64,000 nt of DNA from Dehalococcoidia bacterium (GTDB taxonomy: Bacteria > Chloroflexota > Dehalococcoidia > Lucifugimonadales > Australimonadaceae). Each line of letters begins with the position of its first letter. Position 1 is the first letter of the stretch. The stretch is from positions 2,333,360-2,397,359 of the forward strand of contig OZ252105.1 of NCBI GenBank assembly GCA_965248455.1, read 5' to 3'. A program made the translations under genes and the position numbers. Below, piece by piece: positions 30,816 through 39,927 of the stretch. The notes under the pieces are model-generated. The model ran no database searches and was not told where the DNA came from. It saw only the letters and a program-made list of their open reading frames with translations.

Positions 30816-31059
30816 CGGGCCTCCTCGTTCAGTGTTTGTTGAAGTACGTCCCCGCCGTTGATGCGGAAGATTCGTCTGCGTCACGTACCGTGCATACTTT
30901 ATGCCGATCGAGTAGCAGCGGCCAATGGTACGGTATTCGTGAGCGATGCGAGTCTGGCGCATCTGTCCGGGAGACGCACGGCGCCGGGTTGAGAACGGGT
31001 CGGCGGTGGGCTATGCTTGTGTCTGATTGAGAGAACGTCCGTCACACGAGGAGGCGACA

Positions 31060-32370
31060 ATGCTTACCATAGAACAGAACGAACGGCTCACCCGCGTCGG
31101 CCCAGGTACGCCGATGGGCGAACTGATGCGCCGCTACTGGCACCCCATCGCCGCCAGTGTCGAACTCGATGCCGACAACCCAACGAAAGAGGTGCGCCTC
31201 CTCGGCGAAGACCTCGTCCTCTACCGTGACGCTAAGGGCACGATTGGCCTCATCGAACCATCGTGTGCCCACCGGAAGGCCAACCTCTCCTACGGCATAC
31301 CGGAGGAGAACGGCATCCGCTGTGCCTACCACGGCTGGATATACAACGAGCAAGGCCAGTGCGTCGACCAGCCGTCGGAGCCGGAAGGCTCGAAGTTCAA
31401 GGAGAAGGTGCGCATCAAGGCGTACAACGCGCAGGAACTCGGCGGCGTCATCTTCGCCTACATGGGCCCGCAGCCCGCGCCGCTCCTTCCCCGCATCGAC
31501 GTGCTCGTCTGGCAGGGCGTCCGGCGCACGCAGTCCGTCATGCTCCCGTGCAATTGGCTCCAGTGCCACGAGAACTCCCTTGACCCGGTGCACTTCCAGT
31601 GGCTCCACCGCTACTGGGGCGGCTGGGTGATGAACCGCGACAAGCCCCAGGAACTGCGCGACGCCTGGAACGCACGCATCGGCGCGCGAGGCGCCGACCA
31701 CCGCAAGATCGGGTTCGAGGTCACGGACTACGGCGTCATCAAGCGCAGGCTCGTCGGCGACGAGACTGAGCAGGACGATCATTGGCAGATGGGGCACCCC
31801 ATCCTCTTCCCCCACGTCCTGCACATCACCTCTAACCTCCAGTACCGCGTGCCTGTGGACGACACCCATACGCTTCACTTCGTCGTCGACCTGCAGCAGC
31901 CCGAACCCGGACAGGAGCCACCGGACGTGGTCACCCACGAGCGCGTTCCCGTCTTCAACGAGGAAGGGCGCATCAAGGCCGACTGGGTGCTCGGACAGGA
32001 CCAGGCCGCGTGGATCATGCAGGGCCCCATCACCGACCGCACGACGGAGCGGCTCGGCGTCTCCGATGTCGGCGTCATCATGTTCCGCCGCATGCTGGAG
32101 GAACAGATGCAGATTGTCGAGAGCGGCGGCGACCCCATAAACGTCCACCGCAACCCGGACGAGAACGAGATTCTCATCTACCCGGTGGAGCACTTCGAGT
32201 ACCCCGGCTACGAGGGCAGCATGCGCGGGCCGTTCAAGGACATCGTCGTCCGCAACGACGTCGAGGCCGAACTCTCCGGTGTCGGCGCGAAGCTGGCGGA
32301 GTGGGATGGCATCGAGATCGACGACCCCGTCCAAGCCCGCCGCGCCCGCCTAGTCGGCGACGTTCTGTAA
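31060..32370 (+). CDS. Rieske [2Fe-2S] non-heme-iron oxygenase, alpha subunit (third paralogue)
   Basis: CAHRKANLSYGIPEENGIRCAYHGW and NWLQCHENSLDPVHFQWLH. ATG at 31060 is preceded by GAGGAGG. Confidence 0.88.
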   Translation: MLTIEQNERLTRVGPGTPMGELMRRYWHPIAASVELDADNPTKEVRLLGEDLVLYRDAKGTIGLIEPSCAHRKANLSYGIPEENGIRCAYHGWIYNEQGQCVDQPSEPEGSKFKEKVRIKAYNAQELGGVIFAYMGPQPAPLLPRIDVLVWQGVRRTQSVMLPCNWLQCHENSLDPVHFQWLHRYWGGWVMNRDKPQELRDAWNARIGARGADHRKIGFEVTDYGVIKRRLVGDETEQDDHWQMGHPILFPHVLHITSNLQYRVPVDDTHTLHFVVDLQQPEPGQEPPDVVTHERVPVFNEEGRIKADWVLGQDQAAWIMQGPITDRTTERLGVSDVGVIMFRRMLEEQMQIVESGGDPINVHRNPDENEILIYPVEHFEYPGYEGSMRGPFKDIVVRNDVEAELSGVGAKLAEWDGIEIDDPVQARRARLVGDVL

Positions 32371-32395
32371 GACACGTCCATACAAGATACTGAAC

Positions 32396-32425
32396 ACGGG
32401 GGCTCGCCACACGGCGAGCCCCCGT
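32396..32425. terminator. bidirectional hairpin terminator between convergent genes
   Basis: Perfect 13-bp stem ACGGGGGCTCGCC / GGCGAGCCCCCGT with a 4-nt loop. Confidence 0.6.
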
Positions 32426-32518
32426 CATGTGAAGAGAGGCTGAATGCAGGAGCGGGGCGTTGCCAGGCTTTGGGCCTTCCTCGCACGGATGCACAGGAAC
32501 GGCGCGCTGTAGAAACGG

Positions 32519-32929
32519 TCAGACGATGGCGCCGCTGCCGATTGCGTCCAGGGTGCGGGCGCGGTCGTCGGTGGTCAGCGCGATCATTGCGTAACCGCCA
32601 TGGCGGTTGAGGATGTGCATGCTCTGTATGTTCACGCCGGCCTGTTTCAGTTTCTCTGCTACCTGGGCCAGGGAACCGGGCTCGTCCCGGAGTCGGAGGA
32701 CCAGCACCTCGTCACCGACCGCCTTGTATCCGGCTTGGTTGAGGACGTAGAGCGCACGATCGGAATTGTCGGTGGTCAGGATCACCGCTCCCTGCTCACC
32801 GCTTGACTCGGTGTCAATTGACTCCAGGTTGATGCCGGCGTTGGCCAGGGCCGCCGTTATGTCTGCTATGACGCCCACCAGGTTGTTTGCCATGACAACG
32901 ATGCGGGTGATCCGGTTGATTCGGTCCAT
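32519..32929 (-). CDS. tandem ACT-domain protein
   Basis: 136 aa with two ACT-like beta-alpha-beta-beta-alpha-beta units (VGVIADITAALANAGINLESI; PGSLAQVAEKLKQAGVNIQSM). AAGGAG SD. Confidence 0.75.
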   Translation of the reverse strand: MDRINRITRIVVMANNLVGVIADITAALANAGINLESIDTESSGEQGAVILTTDNSDRALYVLNQAGYKAVGDEVLVLRLRDEPGSLAQVAEKLKQAGVNIQSMHILNRHGGYAMIALTTDDRARTLDAIGSGAIV

Positions 32930-32967
32930 TGCAATGCTCCTTGGAGTGTTGAAAGCACGAGGTGTTG

Positions 32968-33343
32968 TCAGCGGGTGCAGTCGGCGATGAGCTCGTCAAT
33001 CTGCTCGCGGGTGACATGGGGCATGGTGATGATGTGGGCAATCTGGCCCTCGGGGGCAATCTGCCACTTCTTGAAGACCTCCGGCGCCGGCCTGGGGAAG
33101 ACCACCGTAACCGAGTTCCGGTGACGCCAAGCCGCTATGCCGTGCCGGTTGAACCCCTCCACCGCGTACTCCGCCGTGCCCAGCATTCCCCCTACGAGCT
33201 CTCGGAAACCCTCACTTCCGTATTGCTCCAGAGCGTACCACAGCATCAGGGGGGTCAGGCCGTTGCGGGAGCCGGACAGGGTGGTGTCCTGGATTCCGAC
33301 GAGTTCTATGGTGCGTCCGACCCGCTCCACGTTGGTCCGGTGG
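32968..33343 (-). pseudogene. PLP-dependent group II (histidine-type) decarboxylase, C-terminal remnant truncated by IS110
   Basis: ..GIQDTTLSGSRNGLTPLMLWYALEQYG...IITMPHVTREQIDELI resembles the C-terminal third of histidine/aromatic amino-acid decarboxylases. The N-terminal two thirds are absent on the far side of the IS. Confidence 0.6.
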
Positions 33344-33363
33344 GTCAGCAACTGTCTTGGGCG

Positions 33364-34309
33364 TCAAGCGTTTTGCGGGTTCCAGGTGGTGTGATGCTTG
33401 AGCATGGCGTTGAGAATCGTGAGCAGCTTCCGCATGCACGCAGTGAGCGCCAGCTTCTTCGCCTTGCCCGCCCTGCACAAGCCGATCGTAGAACTCATGC
33501 AGGATAGGGTTGTAGCGCACCCCCACGAGCGTCGCCATGTACAGCGCGGCCCGCACGTGCGCCCGCCCGCCCCAGCACCTGCGCGAGCCTCTGAACTTGC
33601 CACTGTCCCGGTTGAGCGGCGCGACACCCACGAGCGCCGCGACCTCTCGGCGGTCGAGAGAGCCGAGTTCCGGCAGGTCAGCCACCAGGCTGAAGATGGT
33701 CACAGACCCGATACCAGGCACGCTGCGCAGCAGGTTCTTCCTCTCCCGCCACAACGGACTCTCCCGCAAGCGCTGCGTCAGGTCGCTGTCGAGCTCATGC
33801 AGTTCCTCTTCGAGGGTTGCCAGGATGCGGTCGATCCGGTGCTGGACGACGGGAAGTGCGCGTTGGCGGCGCTGCAACTCGGTCGTCCTCATCTGGATCA
33901 CCTGCCGGCGGCGAGTGACGAGCGCTTCCAGTTCACGGGCCTCAGCCGGGACCAGCGGCTGAGGTACGACGCCGCTCACCTCACCGAAGTGGGCGATCAC
34001 AGCGGCGTCGATGCGGTCTGTCTTCGCGAGCTTGCCTTGCGAGCGGGCGAAGTCACGAACCTGACGGGGGTTGACCACGGCAACAGGAATACCGACGGCG
34101 CCGAGCGCGATGGACAGGGGCATCTCATAGCCCCCGGTGGCTTCCATGACGACGCACTGAGGGTCCAGGGACTGGAACTGGAGAATCAGAGCGTTTATCC
34201 CTTCTTGGCCTTGATTGACTCGCCAGGTGTCCCCCGTAGGGCGCACCGCGACATCCACCCATTCCTTCGACACGTCGATCCCTATGAACACCGGAGCATC
34301 AGTAGACAT
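33364..34309 (-). pseudogene. IS110-family transposase with a +1 frameshift near 33466-33474 (or a sequencing error)
   Basis: MSTDAPVFIGIDVSKEW...HEFYDRLVQG is in one frame and GKAKKLALTACMRKLLTILNAMLKHHTTWNPQNA in the next. The shift sits in a G-rich run. The ATG at 34309 has an AAGGAG SD. The 449-aa track ORF is over-extended at both ends. Confidence 0.8.
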
Positions 34310-34466
34310 GGGTTCTCCTTTGGCCCGTCCTTGCAGATACGGGCTCGGTGGCCCAGGCAACTGTTCGGGCTCTATGATGGGGAGAGGCGGGGCGACCACG
34401 CTAACCCACGGTCTTGCATAACCCAGGATGAAACGGTCTGCCCCGCCTTCCATGTCAAGATACAAG
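34310..34466 (-). ncRNA. candidate IS110 bridge RNA (non-coding left end of copy 2)
   Basis: Homologous to 27931..28107. An 8-bp stem AGGCGGGG / CCCCGCCT encloses 48 nt, and the GCCCGAACAGTTGCCTG box is conserved. Confidence 0.3.
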
Positions 34467-34652
34467 GATGAGGGTGAACCGGCAGGGTAGGGGAGAGGCG
34501 CCCGAGGGGAGTGCAGAGGGGGAATCCCCCGCTGCCGGGGGCGTGGGGGTGTCCCCCACAAGCGTATCGGGCGGGTGGGTGGGGAGAACGACGCCCGCCA
34601 GGCGCAGTCAGATGCACTACCTTGCGGAGCGGCGGAGCTGGTCGGCTGACCG

Positions 34653-35393
34653 CTACGTCCACCCGCGGTTCCACGGCTCGCCCCGCTCTATCTTGCGCGT
34701 GTAGTAGCGCCAATCGTCGGAGTACTCGACCGTTGGCCGGTTGATGGCCCGTTGGCGCTCCCGCATCTTCTGGGCGTTGTTGGCCATCTCCTCGCGGAAC
34801 GCCCCATCGACGTGATCGTGGCCGAGCAGGCGGGCTGCCTGGATCAGTTTCGCGGTACGTTCCATGTACACCGCATTGAAGCACGCCTCGTCGATGCTCT
34901 TCCCGACCGTCACGATGCCGTGCCCGTTGATGGTCATCCCGGGCGCGTCGCCGATGGTGCTTGCAATAGCATCCCCATCGCCGTCGTCGGAAACGTAGAC
35001 CGGCGTCGGGTAGACCGGCAGGCCATCGGGCCCGAACTTGGCCGACGCCAGATGCACCGCGCTCACCGGCACGCCCGCCAGGCCCAGGACGATGCACATC
35101 GGCGCATGAGCGTGGACGATTGCATTGGCCTCGGGCTTGGCCCGGAACAGGCGCGTGTAGATCGCGGCCTCGCCCGGCACCGTGCCCTCGCCGGCGATCT
35201 TGTTGCCGTCCATATCGAACAGCATCATCCAGTCCTCGCCCTGGCCGGACTGGGGCACGCGGAGCATCTTGACCGAGATGCCCTCCCCCTCCGGGAGCCG
35301 TACGCCAACGTGGCCGATGATCTCGCCGAACTCCCACTCTAGGATGGTCGAAGCTGTTAGGAGGTCCTTCTGCAGATCGTCGATTTCGCTCAC
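34653..35393 (-). CDS. class II aldolase/adducin family protein
   Basis: 246 aa with metal-binding His pattern ..IVHAHAPMCIVL.. and the family-typical N-terminal region. Confidence 0.85.
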   Translation of the reverse strand: MSEIDDLQKDLLTASTILEWEFGEIIGHVGVRLPEGEGISVKMLRVPQSGQGEDWMMLFDMDGNKIAGEGTVPGEAAIYTRLFRAKPEANAIVHAHAPMCIVLGLAGVPVSAVHLASAKFGPDGLPVYPTPVYVSDDGDGDAIASTIGDAPGMTINGHGIVTVGKSIDEACFNAVYMERTAKLIQAARLLGHDHVDGAFREEMANNAQKMRERQRAINRPTVEYSDDWRYYTRKIERGEPWNRGWT

Positions 35394-35446
35394 AACAAAC
35401 CCTCCAACTGAGATGGCGGTAGTCTAGCCGAATGCTCTGCTGCCCG

Positions 35447-36406
35447 TCAGTTAAGGTAGCCGCGCTCGCGCCAACAAGCCTCGGCGGCGGGATGCAGCGG
35501 CACGTCCAACGGCCCCTCGGGAGTATCGAAGCTCATGCGGTCGAGTGGCAACGGCCCGACGCCTTCCCACGGAATGCGATCCCTGCGGGCCTCCAACGCG
35601 GCGCAGATCGCCCGAACCTGCTCATCGGGCACCGCCTCGTTGGTGAAGACCGGAAACCCGGAGAAGTCCACAGCCTGGAAGTCGGCCGCGAGGTTGGGGA
35701 AGTCGGACTTGAGCACCGCGCCACGACGCAGGCCCAGCGGCTCCAGCTTCGCGAGCGCCTCGTCCTCGGGTTCGAGGAAGCGCATGCCGATCGCCGCGCC
35801 GGGGTCGACCCACTGACGCACGGCCTCGTCGAAGATCGCATCCGCCTCGCCCTTCTCGATGTCGGGCAGGCGGGCTCCCGGCAGCCGCCGAAAGTACGAC
35901 ACCTCGCCACCCCACGACTCGATGTCGTCCAGCGTGAACCCGTGGGCCTTGCAGATTTCGTTTGCGACCAGCGGCACCGAGTTCGCCTTCGGGCCTCGGA
36001 TGGACACGCGGAGCGGGTAGCGCTGTTCGCGGATGTCGGCGAACGACCGAAGGCCCGTCCGCTCCATCACCCCGAGCGTGATCTGGTCGTACGACGGCAG
36101 CACCGCGATGACCCGCACCGGCGCGGGGCTGGTGAACGGCCCCGTCCCTCGATAGGCCATCGTCAGCATCGCTGACGGGTTGATCATCGCAAGACCGGCC
36201 CTGCCTTGGGCGACCTCGTCGATGCCCTCCGGGCTCCCGCTGCCGAACAGGCCAAAGCCAGCGTCGCCGAAGTCGCTCTGGCGAAGATCGACGTGCGCCC
36301 GGAGGTACGGCCACCCGTCCGTTCCCACCAACTCAGCGGCGACCTCCAGCGCGAGGCGCGATCTGCTGAGCACCGGAGGTGTTGACGGTCCGTAGGTTCC
36401 AGGCAT
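35447..36406 (-). CDS. TAXI/NMT1-like periplasmic-binding-fold protein without an evident signal peptide
   Basis: About 319 aa from the ATG at 36406, which has an AAAGGAGG SD. It resembles TRAP-TAXI solute receptors. No hydrophobic leader and no TRAP membrane genes nearby. Confidence 0.55.
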   Translation of the reverse strand: MPGTYGPSTPPVLSRSRLALEVAAELVGTDGWPYLRAHVDLRQSDFGDAGFGLFGSGSPEGIDEVAQGRAGLAMINPSAMLTMAYRGTGPFTSPAPVRVIAVLPSYDQITLGVMERTGLRSFADIREQRYPLRVSIRGPKANSVPLVANEICKAHGFTLDDIESWGGEVSYFRRLPGARLPDIEKGEADAIFDEAVRQWVDPGAAIGMRFLEPEDEALAKLEPLGLRRGAVLKSDFPNLAADFQAVDFSGFPVFTNEAVPDEQVRAICAALEARRDRIPWEGVGPLPLDRMSFDTPEGPLDVPLHPAAEACWRERGYLN

Positions 36407-36484
36407 GATGCCTCCTTTTATGAGAACGAACGCCGTGCAGACCCTTCGCCCGCGATTCGCCGTCCTGCGCTCCACGTATCGCGA

Positions 36485-37378
36485 CTATCCGTCGCTCTGA
36501 GCTGGCTGTATGGAGCCTGCGTAGCTCGCGTCCAGAGCCAGCATGTCGGTCAGGCCCATCGTGTCGAAGCACTCGTGGATGCTGACCATACGGTCGGCGA
36601 TGGCGTGTTCCGTCGTCCCGGTATCGCGCAACTCCTGCATCAGGTCGCTCATCGTCTTCATCGCCGCGAGCATCGCGCTGATCGGGAAGATCACGAGCTT
36701 GAACCCCAGCTTCTCCAGTTCGGCCACCGGCAGCAGAGGAGACTTACCCGTCTCCACGAAGTTATAGAGCACGGGCACATCGAAATGGCTGGTGACATAC
36801 GCCGCCTGCTCCCGCGTCTGCACCGCCTCGAGGAACAGCACGTCCGCGCCCGCCTCCACATAGGCCTCACAGCGCCGGAGCGCATCGTCCCAGCCGGTCA
36901 CGGCCAGCGCGTCGCAGCGGGCGATTATCGTGAAGTCGTCGTCTTCGCGAGCATCCAGGGCCGCATGGAGCTTGCGCACCATCTCTTCCTGGGCCACCAC
37001 CCGCTTATCGTCGAGGTGACCGCAGCGCTTGGGAGATTCCTGGTCCTCGATGTGGACGCCCGCGACGCCCGCCCGCTCGTACTCACGGATCGTCCTGCGC
37101 ACCTGCAGGACATCGCCGTAGCCCGTGTCGGCATCCGCGATCACGGGTACGCTCACCGTATTGGCGATCGCCGCCGCATTCGCGGCCATCTCGCTCATGG
37201 TCGTGAGCCCGATGTCGGGATAGCCGACCCTCGATATCGACGTACCGGCGCCGGTCATGTACACCGCAGGGAACCCTGCTCGCTCGATGATTGCGGCGCT
37301 GAGACAGTCATAAGCGCCCGGCGCCGCCACGATACCCGGCGCCGCGAGCAGCTCCCGTAAACGTGTGGTCGTCCTCAT
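36485..37378 (-). CDS. isocitrate lyase/PEP mutase superfamily lyase (2-methylisocitrate lyase / PrpB-like)
   Basis: 297 aa. Active-site loop HIEDQESPKRCGH is the ICL/MICL K(K/R)CGH type, not the PEP-mutase EDKxxxxxNS type. Confidence 0.85.
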   Translation of the reverse strand: MRTTTRLRELLAAPGIVAAPGAYDCLSAAIIERAGFPAVYMTGAGTSISRVGYPDIGLTTMSEMAANAAAIANTVSVPVIADADTGYGDVLQVRRTIREYERAGVAGVHIEDQESPKRCGHLDDKRVVAQEEMVRKLHAALDAREDDDFTIIARCDALAVTGWDDALRRCEAYVEAGADVLFLEAVQTREQAAYVTSHFDVPVLYNFVETGKSPLLPVAELEKLGFKLVIFPISAMLAAMKTMSDLMQELRDTGTTEHAIADRMVSIHECFDTMGLTDMLALDASYAGSIQPAQSDG

Positions 37379-37404
37379 CGCTGCCTCCCGTTGCTACCCT
37401 ACGC

Positions 37405-39189
37405 CTACCGCTTCCCGCCGAGCTTGTGGAGTTCCTCCGGCAGCGTGGGTAGTTCGACGGCGATGACGGCGGGCGAGCCGTTCCGCACCTCAGCGAGGCC
37501 TCGCCGAAGCGCAGGGCCGACTTCCGCCGGATCGCTGACCGACTCGCCGTATCCGTTCGCAGCCTCAGCCAGCTTTGCGAAGTTCGGCGGTGGATCGAAC
37601 ACGCCCCCCTCGTAGCCTCCGGAGGCGGCATAGCCCTCGGGGTAGGCGCTGTCGAGCCCGGCCGTTCCTGTGCTGTACGACTTGTTCACGAACACGACGG
37701 TGAGGAACGGCAGCTTGTAGTGCCCCGACGCCCAGAGCGCCGCGAGCGGGCTGCCGAACATGAAGTAGCCGTCGCCGGTGACGAGCACGACATCACGCTC
37801 GGGAGCGGCAACCTTCGCGCCGAACGCAGCGCCGGAGCCCCAGCCGCCCGCGCTGCCGCCGCTCTTGAAGTAGGAGCCCGGCAAGGTGCGTCCGTGGTAG
37901 GGCCTGAACGCCGCAGTCGAACTCAGCGTGTCGTCCAGAACGATCGCCTCTCGCTCCAACACCTGGCCCACCTGATAGCCGACCCATCGCGGGCTGATAG
38001 GGTTGCGTTTCGAGGCGTTCCACGCGGCGTCCTCCGCCTGCTTCGTGATCTCGCTCTTGCGCGCGGTCAGCCGCGCGCGGCGATCCTCGATGCGGCCCAT
38101 ATCGGCCTTGGTCAGCATACCGGTCGCCTGCTCGTAGACCGCTTGCGCGAACGGCCCCGCGAGGACGGGAAGCCATGCATCGGCGTGAAACTCCATCGTC
38201 TTGTAGCGCGACTGCACCGGATCGGGGTCGACCCAGACAATCTTCGCGCCGGGCTTGGGGATGTTCGGCGGCATGAAAGGCACCGGCGTCTCGATGACCA
38301 CGACCACGTCGGCACTGCCGGTGGCGGGGCCTGTGCCGTAGAGCGGGTGGTTCGAGGGGAAGTTCAGCGTCATCGTACGGTCGGAGTCCATCATCGGCAG
38401 GGCGAGCAGTTCCGCCAGCCGAACGAGGTCTCCGACAGAGCTGCTGTTGCGTCCCGATTGACCGAGGTAGACGACGGGGTTCTCCGCATGCACTAGCCAC
38501 TCCGCTACGCGTTTCGCATCGGACGGGTCGGGCCATGCGGGACGGGCAACGCCCAACTCGTCACGGGTGGGGAAGCGCGTCCTGCCGGGGAGAGACAGCA
38601 TCGCGGACTCCTGCGGTACGCTCATGTAGACAGGGCCCTTCGGCTCGCTCATCGCCACCTGCAGCAGACGGCTCACGATGAGCCCCGGGTTGTCGGTGTG
38701 GTCGAGCCGGTGATCGATCTTGGTGTACTGCCGGACGATCTCACCCTGGTCGCGGGGCTCCTGCACCCACTGCACGGTGTTGGTGCGTGCGCCGCGCATG
38801 GAACCGGGGTAGGCGCGCGGTCCTGCGCCCGCTGTGATGAGGATAGGATGCCCGCCGCGCCATGCGGTATGGAGGCCTGCGCCGTAGTTGAACGTGCCTA
38901 CGTCCACGTGGACGGCGGTTGCTGCTGGCTGTTCGCGCACCATCGCGCTGCCGATAGCCGCGTTGAGCGCGGAGCCTTCGTGCGTAACGGTCAGCAGGCG
39001 TGGCGCGGGCCATCCCTTCGCAGCGCCGCGCGCGATGGCCTCCTGATAGAACGAGATCTCGGAGCCGGACACGAAGAAGAAATGCTCCACTCCGCCGAGT
39101 TTCATGGCGGTGGTCAGGGCGTCGGCCCACTCCACACCTTCATGCTCGCTCCAACTGGGGTCTGCTGCGATAGTGCGATCCTCGACCAT
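37405..39189 (-). CDS. thiamine-diphosphate-dependent enzyme (acetolactate synthase / sulfoacetaldehyde acetyltransferase-like)
   Basis: 594 aa. ThDP motif GDGYFMF...VVFVNKSY and a three-domain ALS-like layout. Confidence 0.85.
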   Translation of the reverse strand: MVEDRTIAADPSWSEHEGVEWADALTTAMKLGGVEHFFFVSGSEISFYQEAIARGAAKGWPAPRLLTVTHEGSALNAAIGSAMVREQPAATAVHVDVGTFNYGAGLHTAWRGGHPILITAGAGPRAYPGSMRGARTNTVQWVQEPRDQGEIVRQYTKIDHRLDHTDNPGLIVSRLLQVAMSEPKGPVYMSVPQESAMLSLPGRTRFPTRDELGVARPAWPDPSDAKRVAEWLVHAENPVVYLGQSGRNSSSVGDLVRLAELLALPMMDSDRTMTLNFPSNHPLYGTGPATGSADVVVVIETPVPFMPPNIPKPGAKIVWVDPDPVQSRYKTMEFHADAWLPVLAGPFAQAVYEQATGMLTKADMGRIEDRRARLTARKSEITKQAEDAAWNASKRNPISPRWVGYQVGQVLEREAIVLDDTLSSTAAFRPYHGRTLPGSYFKSGGSAGGWGSGAAFGAKVAAPERDVVLVTGDGYFMFGSPLAALWASGHYKLPFLTVVFVNKSYSTGTAGLDSAYPEGYAASGGYEGGVFDPPPNFAKLAEAANGYGESVSDPAEVGPALRRGLAEVRNGSPAVIAVELPTLPEELHKLGGKR

Positions 39190-39452
39190 GGCGTCGGCCT
39201 CCTGCGTGCGTATACGTTACGTCTCTGCTGTGAATGGGACGATACGGCGTGAAGGGGCGGCGTGGCAAACGCCGGCGGCTCATGCGAGACGTCGAGCATC
39301 GCAGGCTACTCCTGTGCACCCGCTCACCAACGTACGCCCACACCTCCTCACTGCCCCACGCCGCCGATGTCTGAATCACGACATCAGCCCATTGCGCCGT
39401 CGCCGCGCCAGCCCTTACATTGGTTGTATGTGTCGTTCTAGCGAATCCACGC

Positions 39453-39740
39453 CGTCGTTCCCGCGAAAGCGGGAACCTCGCATCCCCGGCCCCATCGGCC
39501 CGCGCAAACGATAAGGAAATGAGACGGAATGAGACCAAATGAGACTAAATTAAAAGTTTGTCACTCCTGGCCACTCCTGACGAGGCCACCAAGGCGACAA
39601 CGAGGCCACCAAGGCGACAACGAGGCCACGCTGGCTCAGCGCGTACGAGTGAACGGAGAACCAAACGAGACCACCCCGGCCTCATTTTCAGCCTCCTGGC
39701 TAGGGGTAAATGGAGGCAGATAGAGCCAAATGAGTCCTAT
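39453..39740. repeat. composite dispersed repeat, copy B
   Basis: REP (39453-39487); AATGAGAC x3 at a 10-bp period (39518-39545); AATTAAAAGTTT; CACTCCTG x2 (39562, 39572); 20-bp tandem CGAGGCCACCAAGGCGACAA x2.5 (39581-39629); then a GGCCTCATTT...GCCAAATGAG tail. Confidence 0.8.
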
Positions 39741-39927
39741 ATTTGAAAATCCACCTCTGAGGTGGCCCTTAACAGCCGCATGCACCAGAGGTGGGACAGC
39801 AATAAAGATGAGCGAGGTGCCCAGGAAACGCGGGAATGCTGCCTTGATTCGATACCGGTCTGCGAGCGTTGTTGCAACCTACCCACCCGCACGCACGCTT
39901 GGGGCGTTGTGGTGGTAGAGTCCGACG

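Larger units (their letters stand above)
33344..34466 (-). mobile_element. IS110-family insertion sequence, copy 2 (diverged relative of copy 1)
   Basis: Same architecture and conserved end motifs as 27931..29068. The left end abuts a truncated CACCCTCATCC hairpin-repeat. Confidence 0.75.

Noticed and set aside
30816-31059. Regulator operator in the divergent PrpD / Rieske intergenic region (CGTACCGTG ... ATGGTACGG)
   Set aside because: The arms are not truly complementary when written out. No convincing palindrome or repeat remains.
33212-34561. 449-aa ORF as a long IS110 transposase
   Set aside because: The upstream 84 codons cover the non-coding left end and flank. The C-terminal ~60 codons are out-of-frame read-through caused by a frameshift. 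The family-typical C-terminus is in ORF 33364..33627.
36485-39189. Phosphonate biosynthesis pair (PEP mutase plus phosphonopyruvate decarboxylase)
   Set aside because: The ICL/PEPM-superfamily protein has the EDQ..KRCGH lyase loop, not the PEP-mutase EDKxxxxxNS signature. The ThDP enzyme is a 594-aa three-domain ALS-like protein rather than a Ppd.
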